A stretch of 64,000 nt of DNA from Squalus acanthias (taxonomy: Eukaryota): the NCBI GenBank assembly GCA_030390025.1, contig CM059438.1, positions 61,072,001 through 61,136,000 of the forward strand. Direction: 5' to 3'. The stretch's first letter is position 1. Each line of letters starts with the position of its first letter. Shown one piece after another: positions 24,401-35,277 of this stretch. The notes under the pieces were generated by a model that saw only the letters and a list, made by a program, of their open reading frames with translations, ran no database searches and had not been told where the DNA came from. A program made the translations under genes and the position numbers.

Positions 24401-25950
24401 TAACGGGTGGAGTGTCTAACGGGTGAAATGTCTAACGGGCGGAGTGTCTAACGGGTGGAGTGTCTAACGGGTGGAGTGTCTAACGGGTGGAGTGTCTAAT
24501 GGGTGGATTGTCTAACGGGCGGAGTGTCTAACGGGTGAAATGTCTAACGGGCGGAGTGTCTAACGGGTGGAGTGTCTAATGGGTGGATTGTCTAACGGGT
24601 GGAGTGTCTAATGGGTGGATTGTCTAACGGGTGGAGTGTCTAACGGGTGAAATGTCTAACGGGCGGAGTGTCTAACGGGTGGAGTGTCTAACGGGTGGAG
24701 TGTCTAACGGGCGGAATGTCTAACGGACGGAGTGTCTAACGGGTGGAGTGTCTAATGGGTGGAGTGTCTAACGGGTGCAGTGTCTAACGGGCGGAGTGTC
24801 TAACGGGCGGAGTGTCTAACGGGTGGAGTGTCTAACGGGTGGAGTGTCTAACGGCTGAAATGTCTAACGGGTGGAGTGTCTAACGGGTGAAATGTCTAAC
24901 GGGTGGAGTGTGTAACGGGTGGAGTATCTACTGGGTGGAATGTCTAACGGTTGGAGTGTCTAACGGGTGGAGTGTCTAACGGGTGGAGTGTAGAATGGGT
25001 GGAGTGTGTAATGGGTGGAGTGTAGAATGGGTGGAGTGTCTAGCGGGTGGAGTGTAGAATGGGTGGAGTGTGTAATGGGCGGAGTGTAGAATGGGTGGAG
25101 TGTGTAACGGGTGGAGTGTAGAATGGGTGGAGTGTGTAACGGGTGGAGTGTAGAATGGGTGGAGTGTAGAATGGGTGGAGTGTGTAACGGATGGAGTGTA
25201 GAATGGGTGGAGTGTGTAACGGGTGGAGTGTCTAACGGGTGGAGTGTCTAACGGGTGGAGTGTAGAATGGGTGGAGTGTGTAACGGGTGGAGTGTAGAAT
25301 GGGTGGAGTGTCTAACGGGTGGAGTGTCTAACGGGTGGAGTGTAGAATGGGTGGAGTGTGTAACGGGCGGAGTGTAGAATGGGTGGAGTGTGTAACGGGT
25401 GGAGTGTGTAACGGGTGGAGTGTCTAACGGGTGGAGTGTAGAATGGGTGGAGTGTGTAACGGGCGGAGTGTAGAATGGATGGAGTGTGTAACGGGTGGAA
25501 TGTCTATCGGTTGGAGTGTCTAACGGGTGGAGTGTAGAATGGGTGGAGTGTCTAACGGGTGGAGTGTAGAATGGGTGGAGTGTTTAACGGGCGGAGTGTA
25601 GAATGGGTGGAGTGTGTAACGGGCGGAGTGTAGAATGGGTGGAGTGTGTAACGGGCGGAGTGTAGAATGGGTGGAGTGTGTAACGGGCGGAGTGTAGAAT
25701 GGGTGGAGTGTGTAACGGGTGGAGTGTAGAATGGGTGGAGTGTGTAACGGGTGGAGTGTAGAATGGGTGGAGTGTGTAACGGGTGGAGTGTAGAATGGGT
25801 GGAGTGTGTAACGGGTGGAGTGTAGAATGGCTGGAGTGTGTAACGGGCGGAGTGTAGAATGGGTGGAGTGTGTAATGGACGGAAGTTTCTCACAGGCAGC
25901 CGATCGCAACTTTCCCCTTTCCACCACCACGGATGGTTAAAATTAGCCCT
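3494..25950. mobile_element. Degenerate Harbinger-type MITE split by (hosting) the satellite
   Basis: Left AGGACTGATTTAA (3494) and right TTAAAATTAGCCCT (25937-25950) are imperfect inverted repeats. The left flank has the MITE-like centre AATGAAGTCAGTGG, and the right flank resumes with CAGGCAGCCGATCGC. Confidence 0.5.
3591..25897. repeat. 16-bp G-rich tandem satellite (GGAGTGTCTAACGGGY), about 1,390 units, with higher-order structure
   Basis: Directly visible 16-bp periodicity for about 22.3 kb with no interspersed elements. Recurrent variants include GGAAT, GGATT, TAATGG, ACAGG, CTCATGGGGGG, GCCTAAC, TGAAAT and TAGAAT. Confidence 0.98.
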
Positions 25951-26912
25951 AAAATCTCAATGCAGGATACACGTGCGACAAGTAGCGTGCGTTGGAGCCA
26001 ATCTCCTTCACTGCTCGGGTCTGTTAACCATGCAACGGAAGAGCTTCCTGCAGGCCAGGTGTATGTTCCGGCTGTGAGGTGGATTTGTGGGTTGAAGGGG
26101 AACGGTTGCAGGGAGGGAGGTCTCCATCCTACATCAACCTGTCTCTGAGTACCCGGGGGAAGAGGTGGGGATGGGAGAATGGGGGAGGGGGTGGCCCTCG
26201 GGTGAACACATCTCCTTGCCAAAGACTTGATAAAGAGCTGTATTAGGCATTTGGGGATAAGTGGGCCTGGTATATGGCATTGGGCTGAGGGACACACAGC
26301 ATTGACATGGCTGGCACATCACAAGGTGTAGAAACAGGAAAACCTGCCTCTAGATCTCTAATAGATTACTTATTCAAGATAATTCCTTCATTTTGTAAGC
26401 ATATTTTATTCCGGTTTGCCTTGCTGTTTCTCGTAGCATCAAATTCCATTTGTGATTCTTTCTGCCCTGTTGCTAAATCTCACTACATCTGTACGCTATC
26501 CCACTTTGCCACATTTTTTCCTGAGAAGACAGAATGCCTGGGAGGCAGCGGGTATGGCGGCGTGCTTTGTGACACGTGGTTAATCCGGTCATGCGCTTCT
26601 TTTTCCGAGGCTGCAGAAAACGGTGACGAGCCCCTTTAATGCTCGGTGTAAGGGCTGCGCGCAAAATGGCCGCCGCATCCCCCTAAGTTACACTGGTCAC
26701 CTTGTTTTGAGAGTGACTCATGGTTCCGTGGAACATTTCTGGGATGCGATCAAGCGCTGCTGTAAATGCCAGTTCTTTCTCTCTAATCGAGGCCGGATAT
26801 TTTTATGTAAGCTGTCAATTCCGGAGCTGATTGCACAATGACACGATCGAGTTACAAGCCGCTTCACACAATGTGAGCTTCCAGTGCTGAACCCAGCATG
26901 GGCTTGTATGAG

Positions 26913-27332
26913 TTCCATGAATCAACGCAATCGGGCAGCGTAATTGGTTATCTTTTCCCTTGCATTAAAAAATATTCCTTGCTGTATTTAAGAGCGGTAA
27001 CCCGGTGTTGTTGTGGCGGATCGCCACCTAAACGGGCATTATCCACTTTTCCGTCCGTGGACAATATATTGAGCACTTTGCCTTTAAGGCACCTTACCTT
27101 TAAGGCAGGAGTGGGCGGGGCCTCAGGATTTTTCCAGAGAATTCTGGGAGCAGTCTGTTCAGCCATTTTGTACCATGCAGTTGTATTAAAAAGTCTCTTG
27201 TTTTCCACACATGGATTCAGTCTTAATTCGTGTTTCGCGGCAGCCTCAACACTGTTATATTAATACAGCTGAAAGTGGGTTTAACTCAAAAATAAGCATT
27301 TTTCATAGAATCAAAGAAAATTACGGAACAGG
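26913..27332. repeat. Local duplication, copy 1 (copy 2 at 28558-28735)
   Basis: TTCCATGAATCAACGCAATCGGGCAGCG...GCGGTAACC and CTGTTATATTAATACAGCTG...CATAGAATCAAAGAAA are near-identical in both copies. Copy 1 has an extra 240-bp insert. Confidence 0.9.
27012..27251 (+). mobile_element. Probable solo LTR (240 bp, Gypsy-like)
   Basis: TG...CA termini (TGTGGCGG...CAACA), 4-bp TSD TTGT/CTGT, ATTAAA about 65 bp from the 3' end; absent from the paralogous site near 28654. Confidence 0.65.
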
Positions 27333-27498
27333 AGGAGGCCATTCGGCCCATCGTATCCATGCCGGCCAAAAGAGAGCTATCCAGCCTAATCCCACTTTCC
27401 AGCTCTTGGTCGGTAGCCCTGGAGGTTACGGCACTTCAAGTGCACATCCAAGTACTTTTTAAATGCGATGAGGGTTTCTGCCTCTACCACCCTTTTCC
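27303..27498 (-). mobile_element. CR1 LINE 3' end
   Basis: CATAGAATCAAAGAAA tail and GGCCATTCGGCCC hairpin on the minus strand; similar to 43850-44030. Confidence 0.75.
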
Positions 27499-27897
27499 CC
27501 TCCGTACACTGACTCATTCAGGGGTGCAGAAGCAATGGCCCTCGCACTTCACCCAATGCCCGTTCTTCCTGCTTGATAGCGAGAGTCAGCAGGCAATTAG
27601 ACTGTGTGAGGCATCACACCCAAGCCCAGCCTTGATATCCAAAGACACGGCGGGCACATGTTCCATTTGATGCCCGACATAAAAAAAATTAAAATAAGCA
27701 TCAGGCTGATTTTATTGATCTTTAACGGACGGAGAGCAAGCTGAAAATCTACTCCATCGTCGCTGGGTGTTGCAACCCTGGCTGGTTTTTCCCTTCCCTT
27801 GGTGCAGAGGTGCCGAGATCAGTTCTGGTGCTCCAAGTGTCAAGTATCAAGTGTTCGCCGTGAGCTCAGTTGGTAGCACTCTCCTCTCTGAAGTCAG

Positions 27898-28253
27898 AAA
27901 GACTTACATTTCTATAGTGCCTTTCACGACCACCGGACGTCTCAAAGCGTTTTACAGTCAATGAAGTGCAGTCATTGTTGTAATGTAGGAAACGTGGCAG
28001 CCAATTTGCACACAGCAAGGTCCCACAAACAGCAATGTGATAATGACCAGATAACCTGTTTTTGCTGTGTTGGTTGAGGGATAAATATTGGCCCAGGACA
28101 CCGGGGATAACTCCCCTGCTCTTCTTCAAAAATAGTGCCATGGGATCTTTTACATCCACCTGAGCGAGCAGACGGGGCCTCCCTGGAGTGGGACTTGAAC
28201 CCACAACCTTCTGATTCAGGAGGCGAGGGTGCTACCCACTGAGCCACAGCTGA
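27898..28253 (-). mobile_element. Deu-domain SINE (minus strand) nested in a plus-strand SINE whose head is at 27856-27897
   Basis: tRNA head TCAGCTGTGGCTCAGTGGGTAGC...GGTTCAAGTCC on the minus strand; Deu core and tail present. Confidence 0.8.
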
Positions 28254-29793
28254 CACTGCAGTGCTGAGGGAGTGCTGCACTGTCGGAGGTGCCGTCTTTC
28301 GGATGAGGCGTTAAACTGAGGGTCCCGTCTGCCCTCTCAGGTAGAAGTAAAAGATCCCACGGCACTATTTCAAAGAAGAGCAGGGGAGTTATCCCCGGTG
28401 TCCTGGCCAATATTTATCCTTCAACCAACATCACTAAAACAGATTGGGGTAGAGTTTCCACTTTGGGCACAAATGGGAAATTGCGCTAGTTTTATGAAGT
28501 GAAGTTATGGTTCAAGTTTCTGCTCAAACTCATTTGCATAAACACAAATGCAAAATCTTCCATGAATCAACGCAATCGGGCAGCGTAATTGGTTATCTTT
28601 TCCCTTGCAGTAAAAAATATTCCTTGCTGTATTTAAGAGCGGTAACCTGGTGCTGTTATATTAATACAGCTGAAAGTGGGTTTATCACAAAAATAAGCAT
28701 TTTTCATAGAATCAAAGAAATTTACGGCACAGAAGACCTTCCCTTAACAACTCCATGCTGGCTGTCCTTGATTAATCAGTGCCTTTCTAAATGACGATTA
28801 ATACTGTCCCTCAGAATTTTTTCCAATAATTTGCCCACCACCAAGGTTAGGTTGACTGGCCTGTAATTACTCGGTCTATCCCTTTCTCCCTTTTTAAACA
28901 CACCTGTAGCCAGAGAGGATTGGAAAATGATGGTCAGAGCCTCTGCTATTTCCTCCCTTGCGTCTCTTAACAGCCTGGGGTACATTTCATCTGGGCCTGG
29001 CGATTTATCTACTTTCAAAGATGCTAAACCCCTTAATAATTCCTCTCTCACTACGTTTATCTCATCTAATGTTTCACACTCCTCCTCCTTAACTACAATG
29101 TCTGCATCGTCCCTCTCTTTTGTGAAGACACACACAAACTATTCATTAAGAACCATACCCACGTCTTCCGCCTCCACACACAAGTTACCTTTTTGGTCTC
29201 TAATAGGCCCTACTCTTTTAATCAGAGTGTCTAGTCCACCAACTGTGAGTAACCCGATTTTAAATAATTGAAAATTACTTGAAGAAGCTAAACAGAACCA
29301 TTTACTAGTTTCATTGGTGTACAGAGGTCAGAGGTCTTAGTAAATGAAATATTTTTTAATATTTAAACTCTTTTAACAGTGGCCTATTAGTGCCCTTGCA
29401 CCTGAAACAAAACAGCTTAATTTGGAGAGCCTCCTCAAAGGGCCGCAAACGGGCACAATGAGCGGGAACTCGCCATGGTGATTCATTCGATCTGGGCGAG
29501 TGGCCAGTTTTGTGGACGGGGCAATGTTTTTTAAACCAGCGTTAAAGATCGCGGAGACTCAATTTGTGCTGGACGTAACTAGAGCTTGAAATTCCTCAAT
29601 CTTTTATGCTGGTTTGGCCGATTTTGGGCAAAAGGTCATTGTCACATTGCTGTTTGTGGGACCTTGCTGTGCGCAAGTTGGCTGCCACGTTTCCTGCATT
29701 ACGACACTTCAAAAAGTACATCATTGGGTGTAAAGCGCTTTGGGATATCCTGAGGTCATGAAAGGCACTATATAGCTGCAAATCTTTCTTTCT
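28253..29793 (+). mobile_element. Deu-domain SINE body (28253-28446) resuming at about 29634-29793, split by a roughly 1.2-kb DNA-transposon-like insert that itself contains a CR1 fragment
   Basis: The SINE stops at AAAACAGATT and resumes at GGTCATTGTCACATTGCTG; the insert starts GGGGTAGAGTTTCCAC. Confidence 0.65.
28704..29216 (-). mobile_element. Internally deleted CR1 ORF2 fragment
   Basis: ORF 28776..29135 has KSPGPDEMYPRLL and NYRPVNLT, motifs found just upstream of the RT domain; CR1 tail at 28704. Confidence 0.85.
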
Positions 29794-30954
29794 TAACTGG
29801 TTCGGATCAACTAACTCACAGGTGGTGGATTAGACACTCTTATTAAAAATGCTTATTTTTGTGATTAAACCCAACTTCAGCTGTATTACCAAGTGATTGA
29901 ATCCAGGATCGCCCTGATCTGAGTGGTACAGTAACGCAGCAGACCCGTACATGAAGAATAGCCATGAAACTATCCCAGCGTGAATCAGGAGTGGGGGGGG
30001 GGGGGGGGGGGGGCGGGAATGGGCAAACCGATACTTCACCAAGTTTGTACAGTGTTCCTTACATCCCAAACACCAGATCACTCCTGCTGATTTTCACAGC
30101 CTTCTGCTAGATTCTTTATTGAACTGCGTTGGTTATTTCCTTCCGATTTGGTTGTTGATGGATTCGTAACATGGGAAATTCTAAATCTTCAACGACATTC
30201 TAACCAATCAGGAGACTCTTTACTGGTGCGTGAGACATCGATCGTATTATTGGCCCCCAATCAATGCAGTGAAAGAGTGAGACCATCGTCAGGGAACCAT
30301 TCTAGAGTCAACAGCCCAACATCTCCGGTTCCCAAGCGTCTGGATCTAAATTTGGACCCGAAGGTGGCACCAGTTTGTCTCTGGTATTGTTCCAGGTGCC
30401 CACCACAACTGAGCAGCAAGGGCCTTGCTGTGTGAGCACGGTTGCCTGCCTGTGTTTTTTTTCACTAGTAGCTAGGAGGGTGCATTCCAACGCCCAAGCT
30501 GATGTCTCCCAAGCAGCCCTTAGCAGACTGATAACGTCTTCACATGCCAGTAAAGTGGCTGCTGATTGGTCCGGGTGGCATCAAAGATTCAGAATTTCCC
30601 ATTATGAATCCGTCAACAACCAAATTGGAAGGAAATTACCAATGCAGTTCGAATAAAGAATGTAACAGAAGTCTGCAAAAAACCAACATGAGTCAGAACT
30701 TAAAGGAAAACAAATGCTGCGCAGACACTGACAGCAGGAGCAGCGATTGTGAAACTCTATTCTGGGAAGAGGTCAATGGGTAGGAAAGAAACTGAACTGA
30801 ATTGATTCCAGTAGAAACTAACAGAAATTACTGGGGGCAGAAGGATGGAATGCAGAATTTAACCCACGGTCAATTTACTGCAGCGCCACTGGTACTTAAG
30901 AAAAAATTAAATACAAAGTTTAGGATTCAACTTAAATCCTTCTTTCTTGATGCA

Positions 30955-31247
30955 GGGTAACAGTGGGGGTAATATGGGGGAGAATGCTTTGGTAATACTG
31001 GGGGTAATGTTGGTCAGGCTGAGGTGTAATGGTCGAGGCGATGTTGATGGAGGTAACGCTGCGGATAATACTGGAGGTAATTCTGGGGGTAATGGTGGGA
31101 GTACCATGAGTAATGTTGGGCGTAATTGTGGGGGGATGATATTGAGGGGTAATGTTTAAGGTAATATTGGGGGAAATGCTGGGGGTAATGTAGGCGTTAA
31201 TACCGAAGTATAAGGCTGGGTATAATGCTGAGAGATAACACTGGGGT
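30955..31247. repeat. Degenerate roughly 12-bp GGGGGTAATRCT-type simple repeat (second block at about 32325-32545)
   Basis: Recurrent GGGGTAAT/GGTAAT; GGGGAGAATGCTTTGGTA occurs in both blocks. Confidence 0.7.
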
Positions 31248-31257
31248 AAAAAAAGCT

Positions 31258-31540
31258 ATTTCAGTGATGTTAATTGAGGGATAAATATTGACCAGGACAA
31301 ACTACCCTGGTCATCTTCAAAATAGTTCCACATGATCGTTTGCATCCACCTGAGAGAGCAGACGGGGCCTCGGTTTAACATCTCACCTGAAAGGCAGCAC
31401 CAGCCAACAGTGCAGCACTCCCTCAGCACTGCACTGGAGTGTCAGCCTAGATTTTGTGCTCAATTCTCTGGAGTGGGACTTGAACCCACAACCTTCTGCC
31501 TCAGAGGCAAGGGTGCTACCAACTGTACTACAGCTGACTC
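31258..31540 (-). mobile_element. Deu-domain SINE, 5' half
   Basis: tRNA head with A-box/B-box (GGTTCAAGTCC) on the minus strand. Confidence 0.75.
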
Positions 31541-31562
31541 TGTATTGCTGGAGTGTAATTTA

Positions 31563-32325
31563 TGGGGGTGATCTTGCCAGCTCTGGGGAGGCAGGTTTGG
31601 AGGCGGGACTGCAGGGAAAATGGCAGAATCTGGGGGCAGGTGCCCAACCCGCTGCCAACCCGCCTCCGTGCCATCTTGCCAGGGGGTGGGTAGCCGACTC
31701 GCGCCGGGTCCCATCTCCTTGGAGGCGGGAAGGGATTACAGCCACTTAGCTGCCTGTTAACAGGTAGTTAACAGGCAGAAAATAGGATTATCCCCTTTTT
31801 GCCCACACAAGTGCGGGCTTCCCGAAGGCTCCGAAACCCACCAGGGTCACCGAGGCGAGCAGTGGGTCTGCGGGGGTCGGAGGGGTCCAAAAGTGCGCTG
31901 TGGAGGTGAGTGATGGGTGCAAGTGTGGAGAGGTGAGTATCTGAGGTAAGTGCAAAGTGTTTTTAAAAGTGTACTTACCTTTGTTTCTTCCTGCAGGCTT
32001 CAGTCGGTGGGTATGCGGAGAGTCTCGCACCTCCGCGGTAGAGATGACAGATGGACGTTGCATTCTCCAATGCAACAACCTTCTCATTTCTGCAAAAGAA
32101 AGAGGTTTAATGAGTTCTTGTATTCAAGAACTCATCAAACTACAGAGAATGTCAGTGTTTGACAGTTTCACAGAGCTGTCAAACGATAACAATTCATCTG
32201 TCAAAAATTTTTGACAGATGAAACGTCATACGCTGACGTTCTCTGTAGCCGGCTTTCCCTTAATTGATTGGCCTGCTAAGCCCACTGGGCGGGCTTAACA
32301 AGGTCAATCAAGGGAGGGTTTGTCC
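31563..32325. mobile_element. Probable old non-autonomous DNA transposon
   Basis: Starts GGGGGTGATCTTGCC, is GC-rich, has several local palindromes (TTTGACAG...CTGTCAAA); right TIR not found. Confidence 0.35.
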
Positions 32326-33195
32326 ATGGGGTTAAGGCTGGGGAGAATGCTTTGGTACTAAAGAGGTAATACTGGGGGTAATAATGCTGTAGGTAATGGT
32401 GGGGATAATATCAAAGGTAATGCTGAGCGGTCATTTTGGGGTAATGGTGGGATTTTGAGAGTAATATTGAGGTAATAGTGGGGATAATATTGGAGGCGAT
32501 GCTGGGGTAATGCTAGGGTGTAATGTTGGGGTTAATAATGGGTAGCAAGGCTGAGGATTCTGGACCTCTCCTGGGGCAGAAAGAAAGAATTTTGGAGGGT
32601 TCAAAGGAAGCAGGATGGGAGGGATGCAGGGTACAGTTTGAAAGGTATTGACTGGTTTTACCTCGACCTGCAGCACTGCTGTTAGGCCTGTATATACTTG
32701 CTGTTCACAACGTTGCTGTCAGTTCCAATCCGCTTGGAAGCTTGTTTAATGCTTGCAATTCATACAAGCAATTTGACCATTTGTGTTGACATTTCTGTGC
32801 AGATCGTGAGCTTGGAAAACCCCCCTGCAAATCATAGGAGTTGGGAGTGAGACATCTGTATTGGAAATAGCAGCTGAGACTCAGCCCAGTCATGCTGAAG
32901 ACTCCATTTGCCCTGTGTTGTTAATGCCATAAATTGAGCAGGAAGGTATTCTCTGAGCGCTGTATATAACAAAATCGTGTTTGCCTTGCAGTCAAGGACT
33001 TTTCTTTTTTAATTAGTGTTGCAATTTAAAATCAATAACATTTCTTTGAAATATACAAATAACCCATGCAGATACTCTCAGTGCCAGCAACAGCCAGTGG
33101 GTACCAGAGCAACACTGTATTGGGACTGCACTAAAACAATCTGGAGTACCGCTGCAAAAAAGAAATCTCACTTGAGCAATGCAGCAAGCTACATA

Positions 33196-33330
33196 GAGTC
33201 AGAAGGTCAGCCGTTAAACCGAGGCCCCGTCTGCTCTCTCAGGTGGACGTAAATGATCCCATGGCAGTATTTGAAGAGCAGGGGAGTTTACCCATTCGTG
33301 ACAGGTGCTATATAAATCCAAGTCCTTCTT
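33196..33330 (+). mobile_element. Internally deleted Deu-domain SINE
   Basis: GTTAAACCGAGGCCCCGTCTGC...GGTGCTATATAAAT tail. Confidence 0.6.
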
Positions 33331-33393
33331 TCCCTGTCTCAGCTCTTTCTCTCATTCCCAGTTTCTGTTTTCTTTTTCCTGCCATTCCTTCTT

Positions 33394-35100
33394 AGAATCA
33401 TAAAATCTCACAACGCAGAAGGAGGCCATTCGGCTGGTTGTACCTGTGCGGGTCTTTGAAAGAGCTGTCCAATTTAGTCCCACACCCCAGCTTTTTCACC
33501 ATAACCCGGCAAATGAGCCCTCTTCAACTTCATGTCCAATTCCCTTTTGAAAATTCCTATGGAATCTGCTTCCACCACCCTTTCAGGTAGTGTGTTCCAG
33601 ATATTAACAACCCTCTGTGTGAAGAAATTTCTCATTTCCCCTCTGGTTCTTTTTTGCCAATTATTTTAAATCTATGACCTCTGGTTACTGACTCACTTTC
33701 CAAAGGAAACAGTTTCTTCCCACTTGCCCCATCAAAACCCCATATAATTTTGAATACCTCTATTAGATCTCCCCTTAATCTTCTCTGCTCCAAGGAGAAC
33801 AATCCCAGCTTCTCCAATCTCTCCACATAACTGAACTCCCTCATGCCCCTATTTACAAAACCAAGTATCCCATACGCTTTCTTAACTGCGTTATCAGTTT
33901 GCCCTGCTACCTTCAAGGATTTATGAATACGCACCCCAGGTCCCTCTGCTCTTGCACCCCACCCACTCACAATAATACCATTTAGATTATACTGCCTCTC
34001 CATGTTGTTTCTCCCAAAGTGCATCACTTCACAATTATCTACATTAAATTGCATCTGCCATGTGTCTGCCCATTTCACCAATCAGTCAATGTCCTCCTGA
34101 AGTCTGCTGCTATCCTGCTCACTATTTACTATGTTGCCAAGTTTTGTATCATCCGCAAACTTTGAAATTGTACTCCTTATACCCAAGTTCAGGTCATTTA
34201 TATACAACAAGAACAGCAGTGGTCCTAATACCGACCGCTGGGGGACCCCACTGCATAATTTCCTCCAGTCAGAAAAACATCTGTTCACCACTGCTCTCTG
34301 CCTCCTATCCCAATTTCGTACCCAAGTTACCACCCTGCCTTTAATACCATGTGCTTCTACTTTACGAATAAGTCTGTTATGTGGTACTTCATCAAATGTC
34401 TTTTGAAAGCCCATATATACAACATCTGCACTACCTTCATCAACCATCTCTGCTATTTCATCAAAGAACTCAATCAGGTTAGTCAGATATGATTTGCCTT
34501 CAACAAATCTGTGTTGGCTATCTCTTATTAACCCATGCTTCTCCAAGTCCCCTTTTTAGAACAAGGGTGTAACAGTTGCAATCCTCCAGTCCTCTGGCAC
34601 CACTCCCATATCCAAGGAGGATTGAAAGATTGTGATCAGAGCTTCTTCTATCTCCACCCTAGCTTCACAACCTAGGATGCTTCCCATCCGGACCGGGTGA
34701 TTTGTTAGCTTTGAGTGATTACAACCTATTTAGTACCTCCTGTCTATCTATTTTTATCCTATCCAACATCTCTACTCCCCCTCCTCTATTGCACCATTAA
34801 CTTCATCCTCTTCTTTTGTGAAGACACATGCAAAGTGCTCATTCAGTACCTCAGTAATGCCCTCTGCCTCCTTTATTGTCCCTAAACGGCCCCACCATTC
34901 CTTTAACTATCCTTTTACTTTTTATATGTTAATGAGAGATTTTTGCGTTCCCTTTTGTGTTGCCCACTAATCTTTTCTCATACTCTCTCTCTGCCCTTCT
35001 TAGAGCCCCTGCACTCTCTGTATTCTGCCTGGTTTTCTACACCTGACATTTGTCTTAAACCTCCTTTTTCTGTTTTATTCTTATCCACTTCTTTCCTTCT
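33394..35100 (-). mobile_element. CR1 LINE, decayed ORF2 (RT) and 3' UTR
   Basis: ORFs 33632..34081 and 34082..34546 contain GVPQRSVLGP and KFADDTKL; multiple deletions and frameshifts. Confidence 0.9.
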
Positions 35101-35277
35101 GGATTCAGTTTCTGGAGCTCTGTGGAAGAGAAGTTCCTGTGTTTTAAAAAAAAAAATTATAATTGTGATTTAGTTGCAACATATTGCCACAGGCACATTA
35201 CTGGAAACCGATTCATCCAGATTAACTGAATGTCCTGCTTAACAGAAGCAACAGCCAACTGTACAACATGTAAAATG

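Noticed and set aside
3591..25897. CRISPR array or telomeric repeat
   Set aside because: There are no unique spacers, the context is eukaryotic, and the unit is not TTAGGG.
25520..25930. His/Thr/Pro-rich repeat ORFs (136 and 113 aa)
   Set aside because: They are by-products of the 32-bp sub-satellite losing the minus-strand TAG; there is no coding signature.
29993..30013. Poly-G run as a functional G4 element
   Set aside because: It is an isolated homopolymer of unreliable length with no supporting context.
30544..30783. Possible host exon MPVKWLLIG…EEVNG followed by GTAGGA
   Set aside because: There is an in-frame stop just upstream, no recognisable homology and no partner exons.
30947..31159. 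Gly/Asn-rich ORF
   Set aside because: It is the translation of a degenerate GGGGGTAAT simple repeat.
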